64,000 bases of DNA from Synergistales bacterium. Its GTDB lineage: Bacteria > Synergistota > Synergistia > Synergistales > JAFGMB01. The stretch lies in the NCBI GenBank assembly GCA_963666205.1, contig OY762654.1:2176001-2240000 (forward strand), written 5' to 3'. The position numbers and the translations under genes are program-made. Shown here piece by piece: positions 47,459 through 57,108 of this stretch. The notes under the pieces were generated by a model. It searched no databases and was not told the origin of the DNA. It saw only the letters and a program-made list of their open reading frames with translations. The stretch's first letter is position 1, and every line of letters begins with the position of its first letter.

Positions 47459-48706
47459 ATGCTGAAGTTTACCCTTGATCAGGACCAGGAAATGGTTCAG
47501 ATCATCAACAATGAAGCAAAACGGCAGGAAGAATGTCTTGATCTTATTGCCTCGCAGAGCCTGGCTCCCGAGGCCATACTGGATGTGAGCGGCAGTATTC
47601 TTACAAACAGGACCATTGAGGGTTATCCTGGAAAGAGATATTACGCCGGAGGCAGGTATCTTGACGAGATGGAGCTTCTTGCCATAAACAGGGCTAAAGA
47701 GCTATTTGGCGCAGAACATGTCAATGTTCAGCCCCACTGCGGCACTAACACCAATATGGCTGTCTATCATGCTGTACTTCAACCCGGAGACAAGGTTCTT
47801 GCGATGAATCTCGCGGCCGGAGGACATCTATCCCATGGACATCCCCTTAATTCCGGAACCAGGATCTATGAATTTATTCATTACGGTGTGGATAAAGAAA
47901 CTTCTCTCATAGATTATGACGAACTGCGGAACCTTGCACTTGAGCATAAACCCAGGATCATAGTAGGCGGAACCAGCAGTTATCCCAGGGAGATAGACTG
48001 GAAAAGATTAAGAGAGATCGCAGATGAGGTTTCTGCTTATGTAGTGGCGGATGTGGCACATACAATCGGTTTCATAGCTGCCGGCATCCATGTCAATCCT
48101 GTACCATATGCAGAGTTCGTTAATTTTTCTCTCTATAAGACTCTTCCTGGACCAAGAGGGGGATGCATTCTCTGCCGGAAGGAATTTGCAGCAGATATTG
48201 ACCGTGCTGTATTTCCCGGATATCAGGGCTCGATGCTTACCCAGCTTATCGCTGCCAAGGCAGTCTGTTTCAAGATCGCCGCAACGGAAGAATTTCAAGA
48301 CATTGCCAGGCAGATAATTATAAACTCCCGAACCCTGGCAAGAGACCTGGAGGAAAAGGGAATGACCCTTGTTACTGGAGGAACTGATAGTCACATAATC
48401 CTTCTTGATGTTCGGGGGAAAGGCCTTACAGGTAAAATTGCAGAAAAAACTCTTGAAAAGATAGGCCTGACTGTCAACAGGAACGTTATACCCTTTGATC
48501 CGGAAAAACCATGGATCGCCAGCGGTGTGCGAATAGGGACTACAGTGGCGACAATGCGGGATATGAAAGAAACTGAGATGCATCAGCTCGCATCCTTTAT
48601 TGATAAGGCCCTTTCTGATCCGGAGAATGAAACGATGCTGTATGAACTCAAATCCCAGGTTAAGGATCTATGCTGCAGGTTCCCTCTTCTTCAGAGAACA
48701 GTTTAA
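47459..48706 (+). CDS. glyA: Serine hydroxymethyltransferase-like protein (divergent)
   Basis: EGYPGKRYY, GGHLSHG, KTLPGPRGG, GGTDSH, SGVRIGT; several canonical residues altered. Confidence 0.75.
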   Translation: MLKFTLDQDQEMVQIINNEAKRQEECLDLIASQSLAPEAILDVSGSILTNRTIEGYPGKRYYAGGRYLDEMELLAINRAKELFGAEHVNVQPHCGTNTNMAVYHAVLQPGDKVLAMNLAAGGHLSHGHPLNSGTRIYEFIHYGVDKETSLIDYDELRNLALEHKPRIIVGGTSSYPREIDWKRLREIADEVSAYVVADVAHTIGFIAAGIHVNPVPYAEFVNFSLYKTLPGPRGGCILCRKEFAADIDRAVFPGYQGSMLTQLIAAKAVCFKIAATEEFQDIARQIIINSRTLARDLEEKGMTLVTGGTDSHIILLDVRGKGLTGKIAEKTLEKIGLTVNRNVIPFDPEKPWIASGVRIGTTVATMRDMKETEMHQLASFIDKALSDPENETMLYELKSQVKDLCCRFPLLQRTV

Positions 48707-48891
48707 TTTTTAAATAAAGATAAATGTTTTCCCTTGTTATATTTCAGATCCCGGCTTTCCTGCCGGGATCTTTTCTTTTAAAGACGGAATATTGTCTGTG
48801 CTGCGACCTTTTTGCCCAATTCTGTGTAAATTGCCTTCCCTGGAGCAGTATAATAAAGTAGTATAGGTTTTATCAGGCAGATGGAGGTGGA

Positions 48892-49218
48892 GTGAAAATT
48901 ATGGAAAGCTACGAAAACTGCAAGATTATCACAAAGGCAAATATCTATTTCGATGGAAAAGTCCAGAGCCGGACCATTTACCTACCCGATGGAGAACGTA
49001 AGACCCTTGGAGTCATATTGCCGGGAGAATATGAGTTTGCCACAGGCGATAAGGAAATAATGGATATTGTTTCCGGACGAGCTCAGGTTCTCATGCCGGG
49101 CAAGGAAGAATGGGAAAGTTTCGAACCGGGGGTCAGTTTTTCAGTTCCTGCAAAATCAAATTTCAAGATCAGGTGCAGTGAAGTTACTGAGTATGTCTGT
49201 TCTTATCTTTCAGAATAA
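48892..49218 (+). CDS. ppnP: Pyrimidine/purine nucleoside phosphorylase (DUF1255)
   Basis: ANIYFDGKVQSR, TLGVILPGEYEF, E.M, Y.CSY. Confidence 0.88.
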   Translation: MKIMESYENCKIITKANIYFDGKVQSRTIYLPDGERKTLGVILPGEYEFATGDKEIMDIVSGRAQVLMPGKEEWESFEPGVSFSVPAKSNFKIRCSEVTEYVCSYLSE

Positions 49219-49233
49219 GAGGAGATGAACTTA

Positions 49234-49602
49234 ATGAAAAAGCAAATACGTACAGACAAGGCGCCCATGCCTATAGGTCCTTATTCCCAGGGACTTATTG
49301 TGGGCAACAGGATTTATGTAGCAGGACAGGGTCCTCTTGATGTGATATCAGGTAGGGTCCCGGAGGGAGTGTCATCCCAGACCAGGCAGGTTCTTAATAA
49401 TATCAGGACTATTCTGGAAGCAGGCGGATCCTCCATGGATGAAGTGGTAAAGACTACGGTCCATCTTGCGGATCTGAAGGATTTTGAAGCGTTTAATGAG
49501 GTATATCAAGAGTTCTTTACAGAGCCATATCCTGTTAGGACGACAGTAGGGAGTCAGTTATACGGCATCCTGGTGGAGATCGACGTTATCGCTGAAAAAT
49601 AA
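49234..49602 (+). CDS. RidA/YjgF family protein
   Basis: APMPIGPYSQG, AGQGP, PVRTTV, VEID. Confidence 0.9.
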   Translation: MKKQIRTDKAPMPIGPYSQGLIVGNRIYVAGQGPLDVISGRVPEGVSSQTRQVLNNIRTILEAGGSSMDEVVKTTVHLADLKDFEAFNEVYQEFFTEPYPVRTTVGSQLYGILVEIDVIAEK

Positions 49603-49788
49603 TGCTGTCTTTTCTCTTCTATATCTTCAAGGACCTTGGAATGTCTCGAGGTCCTTTTTTTGATTCTTTAAACTGCGAATCGGAATAGCAGTACATTCTT
49701 GAATTAAGGTTAATTCATCTAGAAATAATAAGGTTCCTGACTTTAGGAAGAAAGTTGATAAAAAAGAGATTCAAACTGGGAAGAAAAT

Positions 49789-49940
49789 GATAGAACTGAT
49801 GAGATAATGACAACTGTTCATAAAAGAGCCTGGAAGCTTCTTTGGAATATGGTACTCCCGGAAATTATGTTAATGGAGCAAATATTGCAGGTTCCCTGAT
49901 GTTTGCAAGGGGACCCAGGAATGACCAGGGAATCGTCTAG
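49789..49940 (+). pseudogene. gdhA: 3' remnant of an NADP-type glutamate dehydrogenase gene
   Basis: DEIMTTVHKRAW, a frameshift, then EASLEYGTPGNYVNGANIAGSLMF...DQGIV-TAG, matching the GdhA C-terminus (NYV.GANIAGF..VA.AM..QGIV). Confidence 0.75.
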
Positions 49941-50096
49941 TCCTCTGGACCTAATAGAGATAGTCCTATAGGCTCCCATAAAGGGGGAAACAGGACACAG
50001 GCTGAGTAAATTGAAAGTCACGGTTTATCCCTGATGGAGTATGTTAACTTGAATCTGTAGAGAAAACACTTGAGACTGCTCCAGGAGGGACATTAT

Positions 50097-50810
50097 ATGA
50101 AAAATATGGAGAGCCGCAAAGATACCCCCATTGATCCTGCTCTATTATCGGGTGGTTTTGCTTTTCTGGAAAAAGAGAAACCTGATCTCTGTTTTGATTT
50201 TATGGACAGTCTTCTTCGTCAGGGTAGAATGGAGATTGAAAGTTATGACCATGCCCTCCGGGTAGGTATGCTTGCCAGGATGTTGTCTGAAAGGCTTGGT
50301 CTTCCCGTGGAATATCAGGAACTCCTGGCGAATGCAGCACCTCTTCACGATATAGGGAAAATGTATATTCCAGAAGCCATCCTTTTCAAGCCTGGCAAAC
50401 TTAACCTGATGGAATGGGTTGTAATGACTAACCATACGACCCGGGGATGGGGTCTCTTGAAGGATAGTGAATCCAGGATACTTAAAATGGCTGCCAGAAT
50501 ATGCCTGTCTCACCATGAGAGGTGGGATGGGTACGGATATCCCAATGGGATATCCAGGGAAGATATCCCCCTTCCAGGACAGATCGTTGCAGTTGCCGAC
50601 AGTTTCGATTCAATAGTGTCCTGCCGTCCCTACAGGAAGGCTTTTGCCCTGGAAGAAGGCATTTCTGAAATCAAAGGCCTCAAGGGAACCCAGTTTGCCC
50701 CATTGGTGGTTCATGCTTTTTCCAGTCTAGAAACCGAGATAAAGGAATATTATTCCTCGGAAGAAACAATGTTTCATGATCTAGGGTTTCACGAGCATCT
50801 TGTAAGTTAA
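50097..50810 (+). CDS. HD-GYP c-di-GMP phosphodiesterase
   Basis: H..RV, LHDIGK, KPGKL, HHERWDGYGYP, AVADSFD, RPYR. Confidence 0.9.
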   Translation: MKNMESRKDTPIDPALLSGGFAFLEKEKPDLCFDFMDSLLRQGRMEIESYDHALRVGMLARMLSERLGLPVEYQELLANAAPLHDIGKMYIPEAILFKPGKLNLMEWVVMTNHTTRGWGLLKDSESRILKMAARICLSHHERWDGYGYPNGISREDIPLPGQIVAVADSFDSIVSCRPYRKAFALEEGISEIKGLKGTQFAPLVVHAFSSLETEIKEYYSSEETMFHDLGFHEHLVS

Positions 50811-50836
50811 GACAGACAATGATCCATGTATCCATA

Positions 50837-50873
50837 AAGAAGCCCCCTGGAAAACTGTCCAGGGGGCTTCTTT
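50837..50873 (+). terminator. Intrinsic terminator
   Basis: AAAGAAGCCCCCTGGA..TCCAGGGGGCTTCTTT. Confidence 0.75.
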
Positions 50874-50902
50874 ATGGATACATGGTGTGAAAATGACGGA
50901 AA

Positions 50903-50931
50903 TTGACAGTGAAACAGGAAAAAGATATTCT
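50903..50931 (+). promoter_or_regulatory. Sigma70-type promoter of the iclR-eda operon
   Basis: TTGACA-N17-TATTCT; implies the regulator starts at TTG 50977 rather than 50887. Confidence 0.6.
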
Positions 50932-50976
50932 AGAACCGTTCCGATAAGAGAAATACTATTCCGAGGAGTGGTTCAT

Positions 50977-51762
50977 TTGTCAGAAAGAAGGGGGATCAGG
51001 GTCCTAGAGAGGGCTTTTTCAGTCCTTAACTGTATTGCGACAGCGGATGTTTCCCTTGGCGTCACGGAGATATCGAAGTTAACTGGACTTTCCAAAACTA
51101 CTGTTTACAGAATTCTGTCAACAATGCTGGATTCCAATGTCCTGATAAGAAACCCTGCCGGTATATACCAGCTGGGTCCTTCCGTACTTTTCTGGGGTGA
51201 AGGGTACCGTCACAAGTCTAGTCTTATTGAAATCTCCCGTCCTTTTATGGATGAACTCTGTTCATGTTCTCAGGAAACAGTTCATCTCTTCTCTTACGAA
51301 AATGGAACAGGTTATTATATAGACAAGAGAGAGAGCCCTCAGCCTGTAGGAATGAAATCAAGGATCGGAGCCCGAATAGATCTTTACTGTACATCTGCAG
51401 GCAGAGCTATTCTTGCAGGCCTTCCAACGGGTGAACTGAACCAGTATCTCGCAGCTGTAGAAATGGAGAAGAAGACATCTTCAACTATTATCGACAGAGA
51501 AGAATTGATACATATTCTCGAAGGAGTGAGAGAACTGGGTTTTGCTGAAGAGAATCAGGAAAATGAAGAGGGAATAAGGTGTGTGGGTGCAGCTCTTTTA
51601 AATCATAACGGTTACCCGGTTGGTGCCATGAGCATATCGGCTCCAGCCTACAGGTTTTCCTCGGAGAAGAGGAATATCTTTGGTCCATATCTCAGGGATA
51701 AGGCAAGTGAGATATCTATTCAACTTGGATGGAAGAAGAATAATTTTCAGGAGGGGAAATAA
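50977..51762 (+). CDS. IclR family regulator (KdgR-like)
   Basis: LERA..VL, GLSKTTVYRIL, ETVHL, YCTSAGRA, E.EEGIRCVGA. Confidence 0.9.
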   Translation: MSERRGIRVLERAFSVLNCIATADVSLGVTEISKLTGLSKTTVYRILSTMLDSNVLIRNPAGIYQLGPSVLFWGEGYRHKSSLIEISRPFMDELCSCSQETVHLFSYENGTGYYIDKRESPQPVGMKSRIGARIDLYCTSAGRAILAGLPTGELNQYLAAVEMEKKTSSTIIDREELIHILEGVRELGFAEENQENEEGIRCVGAALLNHNGYPVGAMSISAPAYRFSSEKRNIFGPYLRDKASEISIQLGWKKNNFQEGK

Positions 51763-52421
51763 TGACATATATAAAGAAATTCGAAATTCTGGAGAAGATA
51801 CATGCCAGAGGAATAGTTGCCGTAATCAGGGCAAAGGATGCTGAAACCGGAAAGGGTATTGCAGATGCAGTTTTCGAAGGCGGGATTCCCGCTATAGAGA
51901 TGACCATGACCGTGCCCGGAGCCTTAAAGATCATAGAGAATATGGCTGAATACTACAAGGGAAAGGATATTATCCTGGGTGCAGGTACTGTTATGGATCC
52001 GGAAACTGCCAGAATGTGTATTCTGTCGGGAGCTGAATATATTATTTCTCCCTACCTCAACCCTGAAGTTATAACCATGTGCAACCGTTATTCAGTCCCA
52101 TGTATGCCCGGGATCGGTACAGTCACAGAGCTTGTTCATGCGATGGAGATGGGTGTAGATGTAGTAAAAGCCTTTCCGGGGAATGTTCTTGGCCCCGGAT
52201 TTATCAAGGCTGTTCACGGACCTGTGCCCCATGCGAATATTATGCCCACCGGGGGTGTGTCCCCATCCAATGTAGAAGAATGGCTGAAAGCCGGTGCTTT
52301 TGCACTTGGAATGGGTGGTGCGCTCACCAAACCGGATGGGAAAGAAGGGGATTATGAAGCTATAAGAAAAACATCAGAGCTTGTGGTCAGAAAAATTGCC
52401 GCCTTCAGAAGCAGTAATTGA
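51762..52421 (+). CDS. eda: KDPG/KHG aldolase
   Basis: VAVIR, IEMT, GAGTV, ISP, KAFPG, MPTGGV. Confidence 0.88.
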   Translation: MTYIKKFEILEKIHARGIVAVIRAKDAETGKGIADAVFEGGIPAIEMTMTVPGALKIIENMAEYYKGKDIILGAGTVMDPETARMCILSGAEYIISPYLNPEVITMCNRYSVPCMPGIGTVTELVHAMEMGVDVVKAFPGNVLGPGFIKAVHGPVPHANIMPTGGVSPSNVEEWLKAGAFALGMGGALTKPDGKEGDYEAIRKTSELVVRKIAAFRSSN

Positions 52422-52468
52422 TACAGAAATGGAATAGCGGTTTTTTTGTGAAGATGGGGGGTAGTCTA

Positions 52469-53551
52469 TTGCATAAAATAAAGAATCTGCACCTGTACAG
52501 GGCAGTATCACCTTTGAGTCGACCCATAGCAGATTCAACACATACGATATCTGAAATCGCTTTTTTTATTGTCGAGATCGAATTGAATTCCGGTGTGACC
52601 GGCCAGGGATATCTTCTTTCCTTTCACTATTCGCCTGAAGCTATTGAAGGTGCACTCAGGGATATAGTACCAATGGTCAAGGATGTCCCTGTATATGAAA
52701 CAGGAAAAATTGTAAGGAAAGTATCTGCTGAACATGAATACTTTGGACAGGAAGGGCTTCAGAAGTGGGCCCTTGCAGTTGTAAACGTGGCCATGTGGGA
52801 TTGCTGGGGCAAAACCCTGGGAATGCCCATATGGAAGATCCTTGGGACCTCTGTCGATAGAGTTGCGGTCTATGGGAGCGGAGGCTGGCTTTCCTATACC
52901 ATCGAAGAACTTGTAGATGAAGTTACAACTTATAAAAAACGGGGATTTCAATCCGTGAAGGTAAAAGTAGGTTCTACCAATATAGAAGAGGACCTGGAAA
53001 GACTGAGAAAGGTCAGGGAAGCAGTAGGGCCGGACCTCAGGATCATGATGGATGCAAACCAGGGTATGTCCCTTCAGGATGCTCTAATTCTGTCAAGGAA
53101 GGCTGAAGATATTGACATATTCTGGTTTGAGGAACCCATTGATCACAGAAACTATGAGGGTTATGCGGAGCTTCGGAGAAAGACTGGCATTTCTCTTGCC
53201 ATGGGTGAAAGGGAGTATGATACGGATCCCCTGAAGGCTCTCATACAAAGGCAGGCCATAGATCTCTGGCAGCCTGATCTTATCCGTATGGGTGGTGTGG
53301 AAAACTGGCTGCAGTCGGCGGCTCTGGCTGAAGCCTACCATATTCCGGTCCTTCCCCATTATTACAAGGACTATGATGTTCCCCTTCTCTGCACCATTTC
53401 CAATGCTTTTGGAGCAGAATCTTTTGATTGGATAGATGGAATAATTGACAATCCGATGAGGGTCGAAAATGGATATGCCTATCCCAGGGAGGCACCGGGA
53501 TGGGGATTCAGATTTCAGGAAAAATATCTGAAAGAGATTCGAATTAAGTAA
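52469..53551 (+). CDS. Mandelate racemase/muconate lactonizing (enolase superfamily) enzyme, probably an acid-sugar dehydratase
   Basis: KVK, MMDANQ, WFEEP, MGE, QPD..R.GG, PH. Confidence 0.88.
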   Translation: MHKIKNLHLYRAVSPLSRPIADSTHTISEIAFFIVEIELNSGVTGQGYLLSFHYSPEAIEGALRDIVPMVKDVPVYETGKIVRKVSAEHEYFGQEGLQKWALAVVNVAMWDCWGKTLGMPIWKILGTSVDRVAVYGSGGWLSYTIEELVDEVTTYKKRGFQSVKVKVGSTNIEEDLERLRKVREAVGPDLRIMMDANQGMSLQDALILSRKAEDIDIFWFEEPIDHRNYEGYAELRRKTGISLAMGEREYDTDPLKALIQRQAIDLWQPDLIRMGGVENWLQSAALAEAYHIPVLPHYYKDYDVPLLCTISNAFGAESFDWIDGIIDNPMRVENGYAYPREAPGWGFRFQEKYLKEIRIK

Positions 53552-53597
53552 ATGTTAAGCACTCTGGCACCAGTGTGTTTTAAGGAGGCTATGATCG

Positions 53598-55073
53598 ATG
53601 CAGACGATTCGCTCGGTAATTTTGGGAAATAGCGATAACGTTGCAGTTCTTATAGATGGGGGGGGAAAAGGTGACAGCCTGTACGTTAGAAAGGGTGATA
53701 TTGTCCTTACCGAGGATATCCCTGCCGGACATAAGGTAGCCTTGTCGGATCTGGACTTGGGATCTGAAGTCCGGAAATACGACCATGTGATAGGCCTTGC
53801 TACATGTTTTATTGCCAGGGGGAGCCGGGTCCATGTGCATAACGTGAAGACCCATCTTGAGCTGGGAACGGATTTTGTATTTGATCCCCGACCTGTGGAA
53901 ATAGAAATTGAAGAGAGCCCTGGTACATTCAAAGGTTTTTTGAGGCCAGACGGAAGAGTGGGTATCCGCAACGAACTCTGGGTAATACCTTCCGTAGGGT
54001 GTGTCAACACTATTGTAAAGGCCATGGCCTCCAGATACGAGGTGCCTGCATGGATAGACAGGCTTCAGGTCCTGGCTCACCCTTATGGATGTTCCCAGCT
54101 GGGAAGAGATCTGGAATTTACTGTTGATGCTCTGGCTGGCTTGGCGTATAACGGAAATGCTGCGGGGGTGCTCATAGTTGGATTGGGGTGTGAGAATCTG
54201 CAGCCCGAAATGATGAAAGAAAGACTGAATGACCATCCAAATATCCGTTTTCTGCAACTGCAGGATGTTGTAGATGAAGAAGCTGCCTTTTTCAGACTGC
54301 TTGACGAAATAGCTGAAAACTCTTCCAGGGAGAGGGTGGATTGTCAACTTTCCAGTCTCATAATTGGAGTCAAGTGCGGAGGAAGCGATGCCTACTCCAG
54401 CCTGACGGCCAATCCTCTTGTGGGGCATGTCGCAGACAGGGTGGTGTCCTGGGGAGGAACGGTCCTGGCCACAGAGATCCCGGAGATGTTCGGTGCAGAG
54501 GATATGCTCATATCCCGAATGAGTGATGGAAAAGTGTTCGATGATTTTGTGAAGATGATTAACTGGTTCAAGGAATATTTTCTTTCATATGGTCAGCCGA
54601 TCTATGAGAATCCGTCACCTGGGAATAAAGAAGGCGGCATCACTACACTGGAAGAAAAATCCATGGGTGCCGTTAAAAAAGCTGGAATCGGCCCTGTTAC
54701 AGACGTTCTGGATTATGGCAGGCCGTCCCGGAAAAAAGGGGTCAACATAGTGTTCTCGCCTGGAAATGATCTTGTTTCCACTACTGCCCTGGCTGCTTCA
54801 GGCGCTCATATCGTCCTTTTTACAACCGGAAGAGGGACCCCATTCGGGGGCGTTGTGCCCACAATAAAAATATCTACAAATTCCGAACTGGCCAGGAAAA
54901 AGGCTGGCTGGATAGACTTTAACGCAGGTACTATTCTTGATAACGGAGACTGGGATGACCATATCCTTTCCCTGTCGGAACTGCTAAAGGAAACAGCTTC
55001 GGGAAAACAGACATGCAACGAGAAAAATGATCTGTTCGAGATCGCAATTTTAAAGCATGGCGTTACCCTGTAG
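53598..55073 (+). CDS. uxaA: UxaA family (altronate/galactarate) dehydratase with SAF domain
   Basis: GHKVAL, HVHN, GIRN, H.YGCSQ, GLGCE, KCGGSD, NPSPGNKEGG. Confidence 0.88.
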   Translation: MQTIRSVILGNSDNVAVLIDGGGKGDSLYVRKGDIVLTEDIPAGHKVALSDLDLGSEVRKYDHVIGLATCFIARGSRVHVHNVKTHLELGTDFVFDPRPVEIEIEESPGTFKGFLRPDGRVGIRNELWVIPSVGCVNTIVKAMASRYEVPAWIDRLQVLAHPYGCSQLGRDLEFTVDALAGLAYNGNAAGVLIVGLGCENLQPEMMKERLNDHPNIRFLQLQDVVDEEAAFFRLLDEIAENSSRERVDCQLSSLIIGVKCGGSDAYSSLTANPLVGHVADRVVSWGGTVLATEIPEMFGAEDMLISRMSDGKVFDDFVKMINWFKEYFLSYGQPIYENPSPGNKEGGITTLEEKSMGAVKKAGIGPVTDVLDYGRPSRKKGVNIVFSPGNDLVSTTALAASGAHIVLFTTGRGTPFGGVVPTIKISTNSELARKKAGWIDFNAGTILDNGDWDDHILSLSELLKETASGKQTCNEKNDLFEIAILKHGVTL

Positions 55074-55108
55074 GAGCCCCCTTTTCATGGAGCCCCTTTC
55101 TGTAGTTT

Positions 55109-55810
55109 TTAGTTAATGAACATGCTGGCGCCGGGTCCCAGAGGAAGTCCGGCGAAGTACCAGATCGCAAGAAGGCCGGTCCATACGAACATGAAGAATA
55201 GGAAGATGGGTATTCCCTGGGATACGATGGTGCCAATTACCTCATCCTTTTCATACCTGGTAGCAAAGCCGAGGAGAATGGGGAAGTAGGGCATCATTGG
55301 AGTGATGCTTTTGGTGTAGGAGTCACCAATCCTGCAAATAAGTTGAGCCAGCTGAGGTGAGTAGTTAAGGTAATAGAGCATGGGGATTATAGCTGGCGCC
55401 ATAAAGGGCCACTTTGTTGATCCGCTGGTGACAAAAATGTTAATGAAGCTGGAAAGAAGAATAATAGCTACCAGAAGACCAAAGCCTGTAAGTACCATGT
55501 TCTGAAGCCAGGCAGCAAGTTTTACAGCCATCACGATGGCCATGTTGGATTTTTTAAAGGCAGCTATGAAGTTCGCTATGGGAAGGATGATGACGGTATA
55601 ACTTGCCATATGACCTACCCTTGAGGTCATTCCATCTATCATATCCTTTGCTTTCGTGATTGTGTTCCGACTTTCCGTCCATAAGTCAAACCGACAAGGA
55701 TTGAAGTAGAGCAGCATAAATGGAACCATTCCCCTTATAAAAGGGGAGGGAATAATGGTGTTCTTTACAGGGTCGCGAAGGGGACCGCCGGGAATGATTT
55801 TTTCTGTCAA
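55109..55810 (-). pseudogene. abgT: Truncated AbgT-family transporter (C-terminal half only)
   Basis: NIFVTSGSTKW, APAIIPML, RIGDS, PMMPYF, GLPLGPG; the N-terminal half is absent and there is no SD. Confidence 0.75.
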
Positions 55811-55831
55811 TAAAAATGAACTCTAAGATTC

Positions 55832-57106
55832 TTAATGGTTCGAAAGAACTTCCCTTATAACCTGGCTCAGGAGTTTTACTCCTTTTAAAAGAGCGGTCTC
55901 GTCAAAATCAAAATATTCATTATGATGACCAGCGGTAATATCAGCACCCAGCATTATGTATGTAGCCTTGCCTCCTTTCTCCTGGACCCGCTTCATCATC
56001 CAGGCAGCGTCATCGCTGCCTCCGAGTTCCGCATACTTTTCGACTTCATTGAAATCCTCCATACCGGAAGCTGTTTTCACTACAATGTCTACCAGTTCTT
56101 CATCACTTGTAGTTGTTATGGATTCACCTTGTTTGTATATTCTGGATCCGACTTCGTACATGGAAGCACTGGATTCCACGATGGTAGTTGCTCTTTTGAA
56201 CATATAGGTAGCAATAGTTTCAGTTTCTCCCCTTGTTTCAGCTTTAAGGAGGGCATTGGGAGGAATTACATTCCGACCTTCTCCAGCTTTGAGAATACCC
56301 ACATTGATCCTGGAAACTCCGTCCCGGTGAGGAGCTATGGCATGCATATTCAGTGCTGCATTTGCTGCAGCGAGAAGGGCGTTATGACCTTCATTCGGAG
56401 CTGCACCGGCATGGGCTGAACGGCCATAATATTCAACATCGAACTTGGTAGTGCAAAGAAAACCCGAGGAACCTCCCACAACCTTGCCAGTGGGAAATCC
56501 CATTCCGAGATGGATGGCCAGGAAGTAATCGGAATCATCAAGTATTCCCTTTTCAACAATGGTTTTTGCCCCGCGGACACCCTCTTCAGCAGGCTGGAAT
56601 ATCAGTTTTATGATACCTTTCAATGTGTCTTTCCTGTTAACGAGAATTTCAGCAAGGCCCAGTCCCATGGCTGTATGTCCATCATGGCCGCATGAATGCA
56701 TGGCCCCGGGATTAACGGATGAAAAGCCTTGTTTAAAGGGACGGTGCTTCTCATCATTTACCTCGTTTACTTCTACGGCGTCAATGTCAAATCTCAATGA
56801 AATTACAGGGCCTGGTTTTCCGGTGTCGAGAATTCCAAGAACTCCCGTAAAACCATTCATTCTTTCGATCCATTCCTTTACAGCTCCCTGTTTCAATGCC
56901 CGGTCGATCTGTCCGGCGATGGAGTTTTCATCCCGTCCCATAACAGAAGATTCCTCAATGATCTCTCTTCCCGTCATAATCACATAGCCCAGTTCCGAGA
57001 GCCTTTCTGCTATCAGTGAACTGGTTCTGAACTCGAACCAGCCAGGTTCGGCATGTTTATGAAGATCCCGTCTTAAAGCTGTCATCCAGTTCTGTAATTT
57101 TTCCAT
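55832..57106 (-). CDS. AbgA-like M20 amidohydrolase
   Basis: RRDLHKHAEPGWFEFRT, RFDIDA, MHSCGHDGH, QPAEEGVRGA, GHHN..FDFDE. Confidence 0.88.
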   Translation of the reverse strand: MEKLQNWMTALRRDLHKHAEPGWFEFRTSSLIAERLSELGYVIMTGREIIEESSVMGRDENSIAGQIDRALKQGAVKEWIERMNGFTGVLGILDTGKPGPVISLRFDIDAVEVNEVNDEKHRPFKQGFSSVNPGAMHSCGHDGHTAMGLGLAEILVNRKDTLKGIIKLIFQPAEEGVRGAKTIVEKGILDDSDYFLAIHLGMGFPTGKVVGGSSGFLCTTKFDVEYYGRSAHAGAAPNEGHNALLAAANAALNMHAIAPHRDGVSRINVGILKAGEGRNVIPPNALLKAETRGETETIATYMFKRATTIVESSASMYEVGSRIYKQGESITTTSDEELVDIVVKTASGMEDFNEVEKYAELGGSDDAAWMMKRVQEKGGKATYIMLGADITAGHHNEYFDFDETALLKGVKLLSQVIREVLSNH

Positions 57107-57108
57107 AT

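Noticed and set aside
49603-50096. c-di-GMP riboswitch upstream of the HD-GYP gene
   Set aside because: I found no GEMM-like consensus, and much of the region is explained by the gdhA remnant.
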